64,000 bases of DNA from an uncultured cyanobacterium (GCA_963706595.1 OY970166.1:3232001-3296000), one strand, 5' to 3'. Shown: positions 33,143 through 43,820, counted from the stretch's first letter. Numbers and translations: made by a program. The notes: a model not told the origin generated them from the letters alone.

Positions 33143-34090
33143 ATGCTAACCGCTACAAAAACATTGTCTGGTTTGATGGGTTTATGTGTCGGTGATGCGT
33201 TGGGTGTACCAGTTGAGTTTACTAGCCGCGCGGAACGAGTGAAATCTCCGGTGACAACGATGCTAGGTTATGGTACATGGAATCAACCGCCGGGAACTTG
33301 GTCAGATGACAGTTCATTGACATTTTGCTTGGCAGAAAGCCTGTGTAGAGGATTTTCGTTGGATGCGATCGCCAATTCCTTCTGGCGCTGGTATAAGCAA
33401 GCTTACTGGACTCCCCGTGGCGATTTGTTTGATATTGGTCAAAATACCCATGAAGCAATTATGCGCCTGAAACAGGGGATTGTACCTCATCAGGCAGGAG
33501 GTAAGGTAGAAAATAGCAATGGTAATGGTTCTTTGATGAGAATTTTACCGATGGCTTATTGTCATCAAAGCATAACTTTTGAGGAATTGATGGCGCGGGT
33601 GCATGATGTTTCTGCGATTACTCATGCTCATCTGCGATCGCAAATGGCCTGCGGGATTTATATTAGTATTGCCATAGCTTTACTAGAAGGGGCTAACCCG
33701 CAAACCGCTTATTTACAAGGGTTAGAAAATATCCAATCAGTTTATGTTGACCGGGAATACATTTTAGAAAAGCCGCATTTTCACAGGATATTCAGTGGTG
33801 ACATAGCTAAAGTGCCAGTGGAAGAGATTAATTCTGGCGGCTATGTGATTGATACCCTCGAATCAAGCCTGTGGTGTTTGTTAAATAGCTCATCTTACTC
33901 AGAGACAGTGTTGAAAGCTGTCAACTTGGGTGGCGATGCGGATACTACTGCTGCCGTGACTGGGGGGTTAGCAGGCATTTACTACGGTGTGGAAAATATT
34001 CCCCAAGAATGGATCAACAAAATTGCCCGCAAACAGGACATCATGAAGCTGGCAGAGCGTTTTGCAGACGCTATGGACGCTCAGATGTAG
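33143..34090 (+). CDS. ADP-ribosylglycohydrolase family protein
   Basis: GDALGVPVEF, WSDD, GNGSLMR, GGDADTT. Confidence 0.93.
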   Translation: MLTATKTLSGLMGLCVGDALGVPVEFTSRAERVKSPVTTMLGYGTWNQPPGTWSDDSSLTFCLAESLCRGFSLDAIANSFWRWYKQAYWTPRGDLFDIGQNTHEAIMRLKQGIVPHQAGGKVENSNGNGSLMRILPMAYCHQSITFEELMARVHDVSAITHAHLRSQMACGIYISIAIALLEGANPQTAYLQGLENIQSVYVDREYILEKPHFHRIFSGDIAKVPVEEINSGGYVIDTLESSLWCLLNSSSYSETVLKAVNLGGDADTTAAVTGGLAGIYYGVENIPQEWINKIARKQDIMKLAERFADAMDAQM

Positions 34091-34097
34091 ATACAAT

Positions 34098-34124
34098 CAC
34101 CCCTCCCGCTAGCGGGAGGGGTGA
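34098..34124. terminator. Palindromic hairpin between convergent genes
   Basis: TCACCCCTCCCGCTAGCGGGAGGGGTGA. Confidence 0.55.
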
Positions 34125-34175
34125 AAGCTGGGCTTTGAGGGGATTTGTGTGAATTTACCGGAAATGACACAACTC

Positions 34176-34502
34176 CTAATGTTTAACCTGTTCAGAAATC
34201 CATTGCAAGTAGGCTTGCGAACCCGCAACAATAGGTAACGCGATGATTTCTGAAACTTCGTAAGAGTGGAGTTCTCGAACTTTGGCTTCCAAAGCTGAAA
34301 ATAGCGACAAATCAGTTTTAATCAGCAACTGCCACTCATACTCTTTGTATATTTCTCCTTGCCAAGCGTAAATTGAATGGATTGGCAACAAACTCACACA
34401 AGCAGCTAGTTTAGCTTCCACAAGGGCATTTGCAATTGTTTCTGCCTCCTGCTTGTTGGCTGTTGTCACCAGTACTACACCATAATCAGCAGGTATCTCC
34501 AT
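34176..34502 (-). CDS. cutA: Divalent-cation tolerance protein CutA
   Basis: LAACV, SIYAWQG, LLIKT, HSYEV..IIALP. Confidence 0.93.
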   Translation of the reverse strand: MEIPADYGVVLVTTANKQEAETIANALVEAKLAACVSLLPIHSIYAWQGEIYKEYEWQLLIKTDLSLFSALEAKVRELHSYEVSEIIALPIVAGSQAYLQWISEQVKH

Positions 34503-34507
34503 AACTT

Positions 34508-35527
34508 TTAGACCATAGACAGAGAATAGACCTGACCATCAATCAACAGTCGCGTAATGCCCTTGGCTTGCAGATGAGTTGTAGCCTTGTGCAGAACTTT
34601 ACTGTCGGGAACTTTAATTACGCGATCGCGCTTGGTAGAAAATCGCTTTGCCACTCGATGGTTATCAAACACTGGCAAAGTTTTTTGCAAGGTTTCTAGG
34701 TTAGGAATTTGTCCCAAGTCACCAAAATCCTTGAGTGGCCGGGTAATTAACTCAGAGGATCTATCAATTACCAAATAGCAACTTTTCGGCAACTGTGCTG
34801 TGGAGAATGGTAAGACTTGAACAGGTGCTTCACTTACCCTTCGTCTTGTGACTAAAGGTGTGGAATCGTCTAAGTCTTCTTCCTCGTCCTCGTAATCGTC
34901 CTCATAATCGTCCTCGTCTAAATCATCCTCTAAATCTGACAAATCCTCTGACTCATCGAGCAAGTCTTCTCCCAGGAATTGAGCGATGACGGTGGCTTCG
35001 GGATTTTCGTCCTTTAAAACCGGAGCAGGAATACTGCTGATTTCGAGCGGTTTGGGTTCGACTATTTCTAATCGCTTGGCTGTGCGTAGCTTTGGTTTTT
35101 CTTCTGCTGAGGAACGCCGCCGCACTCTTCTCGCAGAGGGTGTGAATTCCTCCTCCTCTTCTTCCTCTTCTAAGTAACGTTCTTCTACAACTGGCTTGGG
35201 TGGCAAAATCTCTGGTAACTTCAAGCGAGGAGTTGCTTTTTCCTGGCTTGGTAGCTCCTTCTCTGGCTCTTTGTCCGGTTGACTTAACAAAGGCAACTGC
35301 TCATAACTTACCTGCGCCCTGCCTTCAGGAGTTCTGGCAGCACGTTTGAGAGATACGAGATATTCGTATTCATCTTCTGGTAAGGTGCTTTTGAGCAGGC
35401 GACTAATTGTCGAGTTACTCACACCATAGCGTTCTGCCAAAGTTGAGGTTGTTTCGGCAGTTTCTCGATATAACTTCAGAATTTCTTGTTTGTCAGGATC
35501 TGTTAATTTTCTCACGGTAGACACCAA
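34508..35527 (-). CDS. Conserved cyanobacterial protein with N-terminal HTH and acidic linker
   Basis: TLAERYGVSNSTISRLLK HTH; Asp/Glu-rich centre; globular C-terminus. Confidence 0.8.
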   Translation of the reverse strand: MVSTVRKLTDPDKQEILKLYRETAETTSTLAERYGVSNSTISRLLKSTLPEDEYEYLVSLKRAARTPEGRAQVSYEQLPLLSQPDKEPEKELPSQEKATPRLKLPEILPPKPVVEERYLEEEEEEEEFTPSARRVRRRSSAEEKPKLRTAKRLEIVEPKPLEISSIPAPVLKDENPEATVIAQFLGEDLLDESEDLSDLEDDLDEDDYEDDYEDEEEDLDDSTPLVTRRRVSEAPVQVLPFSTAQLPKSCYLVIDRSSELITRPLKDFGDLGQIPNLETLQKTLPVFDNHRVAKRFSTKRDRVIKVPDSKVLHKATTHLQAKGITRLLIDGQVYSLSMV

Positions 35528-35532
35528 ATTTT

Positions 35533-36384
35533 CTAAGCTCGTTTGCGCCCGCTCGAACGCCGAGTTCGGCTCAATGATGCGTCATGTTCTAGGACAGCGC
35601 CCATACCAAATAAAACTCCACTAAATACCCAAAACACTTCTAGTATCTCCCCACTTTGATAGGTTGTCCCTTGAGCATATTTAAACCACATATCTGCAAT
35701 GTAGAGCGAAAATGCGGCGGCTGCAATCATTCTCCAAGATTGGGCAACTCGTCCCCCCCAAAAGGCTAGTAGCAAGGTGGTAGCAATAATCAACAAAACC
35801 ACATCACTAACTACGTAAAACCAATTCAAGATAGCGACTAGCGGATCAGAAGGGACTGCTTGCTGCATAGAGATCCACCATGCGAACAGACTACCAAATA
35901 AAGCAATTGCCAACACAATCAGCAATTGCCATTTTTCTAAATTGATTCGTCTGGAAGCTACAGCTAAAATCATGCCTATGCCAAGGGAAATATAACTCAG
36001 TACAAAAAAGACATCGCCAATAGACACATCCGGTTCTTCGCCTAAAATTACTTCTGTGTAACCGAAAATTATCCCTCCCAGGAAATAAGAAAACATACCA
36101 ATAGCAATTGCGAGCCAAATATTCCGGCTACTGACAATTTGCGGGCTACGCCAATTCCTCAAGCATAAGACACCGGCACCCAAGTAAGCCAAAGCTTCAA
36201 AAATATTTGTACCAATCACATACCAATCGGCACGACTTTCTATACCATCTGCGCCTGGGACTTTGGCACTAAATAATAAAAAGTATAACAGTGCCAGCAC
36301 AGCCCAGCCAATGCCAGCCAAGATGATGTTCTGATTGCTGAAAAGGGATTGAGAACGGTAGGATTTTTTGTCAGAGCTACTCAT
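35533..36384 (-). CDS. Hypothetical integral membrane protein
   Basis: About 8 hydrophobic segments; co-oriented with neighbours. Confidence 0.8.
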   Translation of the reverse strand: MSSSDKKSYRSQSLFSNQNIILAGIGWAVLALLYFLLFSAKVPGADGIESRADWYVIGTNIFEALAYLGAGVLCLRNWRSPQIVSSRNIWLAIAIGMFSYFLGGIIFGYTEVILGEEPDVSIGDVFFVLSYISLGIGMILAVASRRINLEKWQLLIVLAIALFGSLFAWWISMQQAVPSDPLVAILNWFYVVSDVVLLIIATTLLLAFWGGRVAQSWRMIAAAAFSLYIADMWFKYAQGTTYQSGEILEVFWVFSGVLFGMGAVLEHDASLSRTRRSSGRKRA

Positions 36385-36519
36385 GGAAATTGACTAGGTA
36401 AATGCACTCAGGAGATTTTGGTGTTCAGGAGGTATAGGAGCGGCCTCACTATCCAGTGATACACCAGTTGATCACCAGAATAACTGCTAGTAGCCGCAGT
36501 TTTTCCCAAACTTTCCATG

Positions 36520-37179
36520 CTACTGCCACAGTTTACTCAGTAATGATTGATTTAGCCAAGTGATAAACAGCGATCGCTCTGCTTCTGGCATATCTTGTAA
36601 CGTGTCAGTAACTTGATGGGCAAAGTTAGCATTCCCAAAATAGGTTTTTCCGAGTTTATGCAGTTCTTGTAATAAGCTAATCAGATGATTTTCTTGCCAA
36701 GGAGGAAGTTTAGCCAAATCTAGGGGGTTTGTTGTTACTAGAAGTTTGACGGCTTCGGGGGAAGTGGTCTCAGGAAATTGTTGGTTTTGTAACAATTCAG
36801 CAATATCTTTCTCAAAGAGTGTCGCTTGCCGATTGCCTAATAACTCTTCAATATCCAGATAAACTGCTTGCAGTAGCAAAAGACTCCCTTGAACGTAAAT
36901 TTCTCTTTGGCTATGGCTACCCGTGTCATTATCTATTTGATCTAAGCGAACTTTTCCCCAAACGCTAAAGCGGTCTGGTTCCTCTAACAGGACACAGGCT
37001 TTACCCCGATTATCAGTTAATTCTCTCCACAAGGCTCTAGCTTCTTCTTCTTGGCTAGCTTTGAAGACGCTAATCAAGCGAAAGGTTTGCCCCTGATAAT
37101 TGAGGATCGGCACTTGCTGATCCCGTTTTGGGTGCTGAATACTCGATATTTCAACATCCTGCCGTTTGAGAATAAACAT
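36520..37179 (-). CDS. Conserved cyanobacterial protein (Npun_F0813-like)
   Basis: MFILKRQDVEI..GKACVLLEEP..SVWG; internal ATG at 37179 is the likely start. Confidence 0.7.
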   Translation of the reverse strand: MFILKRQDVEISSIQHPKRDQQVPILNYQGQTFRLISVFKASQEEEARALWRELTDNRGKACVLLEEPDRFSVWGKVRLDQIDNDTGSHSQREIYVQGSLLLLQAVYLDIEELLGNRQATLFEKDIAELLQNQQFPETTSPEAVKLLVTTNPLDLAKLPPWQENHLISLLQELHKLGKTYFGNANFAHQVTDTLQDMPEAERSLFITWLNQSLLSKLWQ

Positions 37180-37538
37180 GGCACTAGCAAATAACTCCTC
37201 ACAGGGGCTTTGTGGATAATGCGATCTATAGTCGTGATTTGATAACATCGCTCAGAGTGCGATTACCTAGCGTACCATTGGGTTGAGCTTCGCGATCGCC
37301 AGAAGCTCACCTAAAGTCAGCCAGCCCGAGGGCATCTACATCAACACACAAATAACCTATTGAGAACACAATATAGCTAATCAATAGCCCATTTGCTGCG
37401 TTTTTACTGTAAATCAAATAACTAGCGACTTGAATCATACCCTTGCTAGTGAGAAATCTACCATTTTTGCTTGCTTATTGGTAGGAGATCACGATATAAT
37501 TGATCAGATAACTCATTTGAGAGCTACTGTATTAATTT

Positions 37539-37611
37539 GGGTGCGTAGCTCAGTGGATAGAGCCACGGATTTCTAATCCGTTGGTCGCAGGTTCGATCCC
37601 TGCCGCACCCG
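37539..37611 (+). tRNA. tRNA-Arg(TCT)
   Basis: Acceptor stem GGGTGCG/CGCACCC; anticodon arm ACGGA-TTTCTAA-TCCGT; GGTTCGATCC T-loop. Confidence 0.96.
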
Positions 37612-37633
37612 TGTTATGATATTAAACGAATAA

Positions 37634-38800
37634 TTAAAGCGGTTTCAGTTGGTCTAAAAGACCAGCATCAAGATACTTTTGTTCTATAACATCTACTGAA
37701 TTATCACACCATTTTGCCACTACAGCAGTAGGAACACCTTTAGCAATTTGTTCAGATATAAAAGTATCACGACATGAATATGGAGTAGTTTGACGGGCGA
37801 CTAAAGGGTCTACGATTTTATCCCAAGCCCGTCGGGAAAAGTTTCTATAATGTATTGATAGTCCTTCTGGAGATGGAAAGACTAAAGATTCAGGTTCAGA
37901 GTTTTCAGGCTTAATGGACAATAATAATGCTTGTAGTTTTTGATTACAGTTAAAACCGCGCATTTTATTATTCTTAGAGCCATTAACTCTTACCCTTTCA
38001 CCATTTCCCACCTGAACTAATGCACTATCAAAAGTAATTCTAGAACAATCAGACGTAATATGCTTCCATTGCAAGCCAATAGCTTCTGATGGTCTGCATC
38101 CGGTCAAGAATAAAAACTCTACAAATGAAGCATAATGACTGTAACCCATACCTTTTAAAGGTTTGTGATTTTTAAAAGCCTGAATTATCGTTTGCTTTTC
38201 TGCTTCACTAAAAGCATTAGGTTTTGAATTATCCTGCCAATTATGCTTGGGAAGTGACTTATACATTCCTTCAAAGGGATTAAAATTCACTAAGCCGTAT
38301 TTTATGCCCCATTTACAAGCTGCTGCCAGATACATCAGTACATCTTTAGCTTGTGAATTGGTTGTTTGTTGTAATAAAGCCAGTTTAATTTTGATACTTT
38401 CGTTCAAATTTTGATAACGACAGCGTTTAATATGTTTTTCCAGTACAGCCAGTTTATCTAATGTTCTCGGTTTCAGAGATGGACGTTTGTACTCAATATA
38501 CTTATCCCATAATGCTGAAATTGTGGCTATAGTCTGTTGTTCACCTGGAATAACTATAGATAAATGTCTCTGGGGTTTGTACTTAGTAAGTGTTCTGTCA
38601 AATTGCCCACAGAGAATATCTAACTCTATTTGATGCGCTGTCTGTTCTGCTATGTGGTGATTTTCCGGTGTATCAGCTAAACCCAGGGTCAGATACTTTT
38701 GTGAACCTTCATAAAGTTGTCTTGGTAATCTCAGACGTAATCTTCCCTGAAAGGATTCAATACCTGCTGATCCTTTAGAAGCCTTTTCTGGTTTATGCAT
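37634..38800 (-). CDS. Tyrosine recombinase/integrase with N-terminal arm-binding domain
   Basis: GRLRLRL..KYLTLGLADT arm domain; TGCRPSEA, YSCRDT, C-terminal catalytic Tyr (QKY). Confidence 0.92.
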   Translation of the reverse strand: MHKPEKASKGSAGIESFQGRLRLRLPRQLYEGSQKYLTLGLADTPENHHIAEQTAHQIELDILCGQFDRTLTKYKPQRHLSIVIPGEQQTIATISALWDKYIEYKRPSLKPRTLDKLAVLEKHIKRCRYQNLNESIKIKLALLQQTTNSQAKDVLMYLAAACKWGIKYGLVNFNPFEGMYKSLPKHNWQDNSKPNAFSEAEKQTIIQAFKNHKPLKGMGYSHYASFVEFLFLTGCRPSEAIGLQWKHITSDCSRITFDSALVQVGNGERVRVNGSKNNKMRGFNCNQKLQALLLSIKPENSEPESLVFPSPEGLSIHYRNFSRRAWDKIVDPLVARQTTPYSCRDTFISEQIAKGVPTAVVAKWCDNSVDVIEQKYLDAGLLDQLKPL

Positions 38801-38804
38801 ATAT

Positions 38805-38923
38805 TTTGACTATGAAAATAATGGGTTCTACCAAAATCATAGTCAAACCATAGTCAAAAAGGCAAGGATGATTGTTTAAGTTTTGGTCTCATAGTCAAAA
38901 TCATAGTCAAAATCATAGTCAAA
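38805..38923. repeat. CATAGTCAAA repeats, likely integrase arm-type sites
   Basis: Direct copies at 38838, 38849, 38890, 38902 and 38914; inverted copy at 38805. Confidence 0.75.
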
Positions 38924-39013
38924 AAAGCAGTCAGGAAATCATATATGATTCCCTGACTGTATTGGAAAGGCTGAAACCCTTGGTTTAGCGTTGATTATTT
39001 GATTAAATAAATA

Positions 39014-39085
39014 AGCCCGTGACGAGGATTGAACTCGTGACCTCACCCTTACCAAGGGTGTGCTCTACCACTGAGCCACACGGGC
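39014..39085 (-). tRNA. tRNA-Thr(GGT)
   Basis: Reverse complement GCCCGTG..CACCC-TTGGTAA-GGGTG..GTTCAATCC..CACGGGCT. Confidence 0.97.
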
Positions 39086-39174
39086 GAAAACTAGAAAGTT
39101 GAGTTTTTGAGTTATGAGCTATAAAGCTGTGAATATACCAATCACTTAGCCATTATAGCTCATTACTTTAAAAG

Positions 39175-39260
39175 TGGTGGGCCGGGCTGGATTTGAACCA
39201 GCGTAGGCGCTAGCCAACGGATTTACAGTCCGTCTCCATTAACCACTCGGACACCGACCC
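39175..39260 (-). tRNA. tRNA-Tyr(GTA)
   Basis: Reverse complement GGGTCGG..ACGGA-CTGTAAA-TCCGT, long variable arm, encoded CCA. Confidence 0.97.
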
Positions 39261-39357
39261 ATTCGTCTCACGATTACTAACGTTAGCATCAGTTTTTATA
39301 AATAGCAAGGGTTTTCTCAAAAAGATTTTATAACCGATTTATTTCACCAGATGAGAA

Positions 39358-41202
39358 CTAACTGAGCAATTCTCCGGTTTCTTGCAGAGAGTGCAAGCGG
39401 CGGTAAATGCCCTCATGACGCAACAGCTCATCGTGACTACCCACTTCGGCAATCCTGCCTTGATCTAGAACCACTATTTTATCGGCTTCCCGGACTGTAC
39501 TCAGACGGTGAGCAATGACAATTGTGGTGCAAGTTCCCTGAATTGAGCGCATGGCTAATTGAATAGCCCGCTCAGACTCGTAATCTAAGCTAGAGGTAGC
39601 TTCGTCAAAAATCAGCACATCTGGTTCCACTAGCAACGCCCTCGCTATTCCTAAACGCTGCCTTTGTCCTCCAGATAATCTGACACCACGCTCCCCCACA
39701 ACGGTGTAATAACCTTGAGGTAGATGTTCCATCACTTCATCAACTCTGGCAATTCTACAGGCCTCCTTGACCTCTTCCAGAGTCGCATTTGGTCTACCGT
39801 AGGTGAGGTTATCCAAGATAGTACCGTTGAAAATGTCCACTTCTTGGTGAACGATCGCCAGCCTGCGCCTATACTTACCTACATCCAAGGTGCGAATATC
39901 TTGACCATCAATGGAAATCTGACCTGCTTGAGGTTCAAAATACCGCAGCAGCAATTTAACTAAGGTAGACTTACCAGAACCAGAACGCCCAACTAACGCC
40001 ACTGTTTGATATGGTTCAATCAATAAATTGATATCTTGCAAAACTTGCCGGCTGTGATCATATCCAAAACTAATACGTGAAAATTCAATTTTGCCAGTGA
40101 ATTTATCAGGTGATTCAGCTTGGTTTTTCTCTTCTAAAAGACCAACTGAATCAGATGCAATTGGTGCTTGCAAAAATTCGTGAAATCGTAACATCGAAGA
40201 ATAGCGCCGGGCAAAAACTTCTGCAAGTGAGCTAATAGGTTCCAATTCGGCATAAGCCATGCTGGAAAGAGTTAAAGTCATGACAAAGTGGCCGAGAGTA
40301 ATCCTTCCATCTACAGTTGCAGCTAAAGTTAAACCTAAGATTACGAACACGCAAAACTGAATTACTGCCTTTTGCAAAGTCACCAGTTTGACATAATCTT
40401 TATGAATCCGATGATCAACAACCGTTAATTCCCGATCCAAACGTTGCTTTTGTCGCCTTAATTCCTGCGCTTCTGTGGCAAATGCTTTGACTGTTTTGAT
40501 ATTAGTAATTAATTCTGAAGTGCGGCTTTCTGTACTTTCCATATATTTATCAAGGCGACTTTCATGCTCAATTATTCGTCGCAAAGCCCTTAAAGTAAAG
40601 GTGATAATAAATATAAAGGAAATTATATATAAAACCGCAATTCGCCATTCAATCAATAAAATAAATCCAAAAATTCCCAATACACGAAACAGTTTAGGAA
40701 TTAATTGTCCAGCAATTTCAGGATATGTCCAAGTATGGTTAGCCAGTCCTCTGGCTATTCGCCCAGAAATACGTCCAGGGTTATTTTCATCATAAAATTC
40801 TAGTGGGAGAGTCAGAATTTTGGCTATGGCTGCTTCGGTTTGATCTCGGCGCGCCCTTAAGGGGATATCCCAATGAAACCAAACGGTAAGCCAAGGCTGT
40901 GTGGGTGCTTTGACTACGGTGACTACAAAAATTAACCCCAGTAATACACCCAATGATAGAGTTTGATTAACTGGGTAATTGATGAGTTTTGAAATGCTCG
41001 CGATCGCACTTTGCAATGGTCTATCCAACGGTTGATTAGACAAAACATTTAAAATCTGCCCAATCCCATAAGGAACAACCAAATCAATAATTTCATAAAC
41101 GCTGGATGCGGCAATAGTTAAAACACTCAGCTTCCAGTCTGAATGAAAGTAATTGAAAATATCTCGCAATTTGGCCATGATGCACACCATCCAAGAGCGC
41201 AA
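39358..41202 (-). CDS. ABC exporter, fused permease/ATPase
   Basis: TM N-half; GRSGSGKST, LSGGQ, FDEAT; real start possibly 41178. Confidence 0.92.
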   Translation of the reverse strand: MRSWMVCIMAKLRDIFNYFHSDWKLSVLTIAASSVYEIIDLVVPYGIGQILNVLSNQPLDRPLQSAIASISKLINYPVNQTLSLGVLLGLIFVVTVVKAPTQPWLTVWFHWDIPLRARRDQTEAAIAKILTLPLEFYDENNPGRISGRIARGLANHTWTYPEIAGQLIPKLFRVLGIFGFILLIEWRIAVLYIISFIFIITFTLRALRRIIEHESRLDKYMESTESRTSELITNIKTVKAFATEAQELRRQKQRLDRELTVVDHRIHKDYVKLVTLQKAVIQFCVFVILGLTLAATVDGRITLGHFVMTLTLSSMAYAELEPISSLAEVFARRYSSMLRFHEFLQAPIASDSVGLLEEKNQAESPDKFTGKIEFSRISFGYDHSRQVLQDINLLIEPYQTVALVGRSGSGKSTLVKLLLRYFEPQAGQISIDGQDIRTLDVGKYRRRLAIVHQEVDIFNGTILDNLTYGRPNATLEEVKEACRIARVDEVMEHLPQGYYTVVGERGVRLSGGQRQRLGIARALLVEPDVLIFDEATSSLDYESERAIQLAMRSIQGTCTTIVIAHRLSTVREADKIVVLDQGRIAEVGSHDELLRHEGIYRRLHSLQETGELLS

Positions 41203-41276
41203 ACTTAACTTGGATTTTATATATTACATATATAATACAGATTATGTTACACTTTAGTCAAGTGCTGGCAACTAAA

Positions 41277-42062
41277 TCAATCTTGAGAAGTAGGTGAAAA
41301 TTCCAAGCGATAGCGATAAAGGGCGACTGGACGAGAAGCTGCGGCAAAGTAATTTGGGTCTTGAGGTGAAAGATAAACAGCAGTTACTTGATCTGCCTCA
41401 ATTGTTGGCTTAGATGTAGACAATTTATGGTATGCAGTAGTAGATTCGACTGCGTTGAAATAGGGACGGGAACCGCCTTTAAATAGTTGTTGAAATACTT
41501 CTGATGTGATAAATTTGCTATTTGAAGGAGTTTCGATAGCGCGTGCAGTCACAATAGAAACTAATTGGCGATCGCCACGCAAAAGGGTAATTTGCCGATT
41601 GGGTGAATCTGGATCTATTTTAGTTGATAATACAGCTTCATCACCTAAATAAGCTTTGGCTAAATTCAAGCTATTAAAAGCTCTATCTGCGACTAAGATT
41701 GAAGATTTAGATATTTTTGGAATGAGTTTTAACCCAGTAATAGCAGGTTTTGCTTGAATAAAACGCACTAAAAAACTCACAGGCTGATTCAGTTGGGGGC
41801 GATTTGATTCAAATCCAGGGGTGACGATATCCGGTGCTAAAGGCGCAACTAAATCTACTAATGTACTTGTAACCTCCCATGAACCAGCAAACCAGTCTGG
41901 ATAAACCAAGTCGCCCTCAGCCCGTTGCACAGAAGTGAGTTGTTCCCATTGGGGAAAATTTGCTAGGCGTTCAGATAATTCTCCGGCTATTGCTGTCCCA
42001 CTCCATCCGAGTAGGCAGAAAATAATTAAGCAAAAACTCCAAATCGCCCTGATATTCAGCAT
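41277..42062 (-). CDS. Conserved hypothetical exported protein
   Basis: Signal peptide; YPDWFAGSW motif. Confidence 0.75.
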   Translation of the reverse strand: MLNIRAIWSFCLIIFCLLGWSGTAIAGELSERLANFPQWEQLTSVQRAEGDLVYPDWFAGSWEVTSTLVDLVAPLAPDIVTPGFESNRPQLNQPVSFLVRFIQAKPAITGLKLIPKISKSSILVADRAFNSLNLAKAYLGDEAVLSTKIDPDSPNRQITLLRGDRQLVSIVTARAIETPSNSKFITSEVFQQLFKGGSRPYFNAVESTTAYHKLSTSKPTIEADQVTAVYLSPQDPNYFAAASRPVALYRYRLEFSPTSQD

Positions 42063-42067
42063 GAATT

Positions 42068-42481
42068 TTATAAGGTTTCAATGGGTATGGGTTGCCAAAC
42101 TTCTCCATATTGTTGCTGTAAACTTTGCCAAGCTTCCACTTGTCCGGGTTCGTATTCTCCCGGTTTACCCCATTGCAAAAATAAGCTTAAAGCAACTTCT
42201 TGTTGTTCATCTAAAAACCGAATTGCATAGGTGGTAAAATTACCTCGTTTTGCTTCACCTGTTTCAAATTTCACTTGAGTAATTTTATCCATGTTAAAGT
42301 GAAATTCAAAGCCTTCAGTGTGCATATTTGCATATTTACCTTTAAGCAATTCGGCATAAAATAGCTTTTCTATTTTGCCGCGAGCTTCTAATACAGCAGC
42401 GCTGCTAGTCACGATAATGCGTAAAGTTCCTAAGTTTTGACAAGCTTCTAAAAAGTCTTTCAAAGTTTTATTCATAGTCAT
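42068..42481 (-). CDS. ChuX/HutX-like heme-utilization domain protein
   Basis: AVLEARG, YANMH..FEFHF, YAIRFLD pattern. Confidence 0.7.
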   Translation of the reverse strand: MTMNKTLKDFLEACQNLGTLRIIVTSSAAVLEARGKIEKLFYAELLKGKYANMHTEGFEFHFNMDKITQVKFETGEAKRGNFTTYAIRFLDEQQEVALSLFLQWGKPGEYEPGQVEAWQSLQQQYGEVWQPIPIETL

Positions 42482-42506
42482 TTATTAGTTATAAGGTGTT
42501 GCTGTT

Positions 42507-42589
42507 ATGGCGGTTATCAGTTAAGTGAGATACAAGAACCCCACCCCCAACCCCCTCCCCGCAAGCGAGGAGGGGGCTATGATGTACTT
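42507..42589. repeat. Dispersed MITE-like repeat, inverted copy of 63379-63461
   Basis: 83 nt matching the reverse complement of 63379-63461 with one mismatch. Confidence 0.85.
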
Positions 42590-42652
42590 TTTTCAGATTG
42601 GATTCCCCCCTCTCCTTACTAAGGAGAGGGGTTGGGGTGAGGTTCTTTCCCA

Positions 42653-43606
42653 TTATCTTTCATAACGTTCGTAAGCGGCGACAATACGCTGAACTAGGGG
42701 ATGGCGCACAACATCTCGTTGGGTGAATTCGCAAAAACCAATGCCTTCAACGTTGTTGAGAACTTGTAAGGCTACCGCTAGTCCTGATTTTTGGCTGAGG
42801 GGTAAGTCAGTTTGTGTGGTGTCTCCTGTAATTACCATCCGAGAACGGAAACCCAAACGAGTCAACACCATTTTCATCTGGGCGGGTGTAGTATTTTGGG
42901 CTTCATCGACAATCACAAAAGCATGATTGAGGGTGCGTCCTCGCATATAGGCTAGTGGGGCTACTTCAATTACACCACGTTCCATTAAACTGGGGACTTT
43001 TTCTGGGTCAATAAATTCATAGATAGCATCGTAAAGTGGGCGGAGATAGGGATTAATTTTCTGCTGTAAATCTCCGGGAAGAAAGCCCAGTTTTTCCCCA
43101 GCTTCTACGGCTGGACGGGTTAAAATCAGCTTTTCTACTTGGTTATTGAGAAGTGCTTGCACAGCAACGACAACGGCGAGGTATGTTTTACCTGTTCCCG
43201 CCGGACCAATGCAGAATGTCAGGTCACGCCTACGGATATCATTAATATATTCTTTCTGGCGAAAAGTTTTGGCACGGATTTCTTCACCGCGACGAGTTTT
43301 AGCTAGGACATCGCGCTGTAATTGCTGAAGTTCGTCTTGGCGATCGCTATCCAGGGCTTGGCGGGCTGTTAAAATGTCGGCACTGGAGAGAGTGTTACCT
43401 TTGGTCCAGATGGCTTCGAGCGATCGCACTAATTGAGCCGCCAAGTCAATTTGCGCTTCTGTACCACTAATGTGTAATTCTTGTCCGCGCAGGACTAAAG
43501 TGGCTCCTGTTTGTCGGGATAAGAGTTTAAGATTTTCTTCTCTATCACCGGCGAGAGCGATCGCACTGGGAATATTAGGCAGCTGAATGATCAAGGCATC
43601 TGCCAT
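42653..43606 (-). CDS. phoH: PhoH-family ATPase
   Basis: GPAGTGKT, RPAVEAGEKLGFLPG, DEAQN, VVRHPLV. Confidence 0.94.
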   Translation of the reverse strand: MADALIIQLPNIPSAIALAGDREENLKLLSRQTGATLVLRGQELHISGTEAQIDLAAQLVRSLEAIWTKGNTLSSADILTARQALDSDRQDELQQLQRDVLAKTRRGEEIRAKTFRQKEYINDIRRRDLTFCIGPAGTGKTYLAVVVAVQALLNNQVEKLILTRPAVEAGEKLGFLPGDLQQKINPYLRPLYDAIYEFIDPEKVPSLMERGVIEVAPLAYMRGRTLNHAFVIVDEAQNTTPAQMKMVLTRLGFRSRMVITGDTTQTDLPLSQKSGLAVALQVLNNVEGIGFCEFTQRDVVRHPLVQRIVAAYERYER

Positions 43607-43820
43607 AAGTATTTATTGTTTAATTTTTCAAGTGCAGTTTTTGACAACAAAATTTATCCGATGTTTAAGTTTTCACAACTGACCGATACTTCCTTAATGG
43701 TACAGTCCCCCAAATTTATCTTTGGAGTCAATCCAAAATCTAAAATCTAAAATCTAAAATTGTTTGACTGAAATATCTGAGCGGCGGTGGTTACTTCCGC
43801 CCAGAATTTTTCTTGCTTAA

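Noticed and set aside
34508..35527. HTH protein as a transposase
   Set aside because: No DDE motif, TIRs or TSD; sits in an operon-like run with cutA.
38805..38923. Possible CRISPR array
   Set aside because: Repeats are 10 bp and nearly abutting with no spacers; no cas genes in the window.
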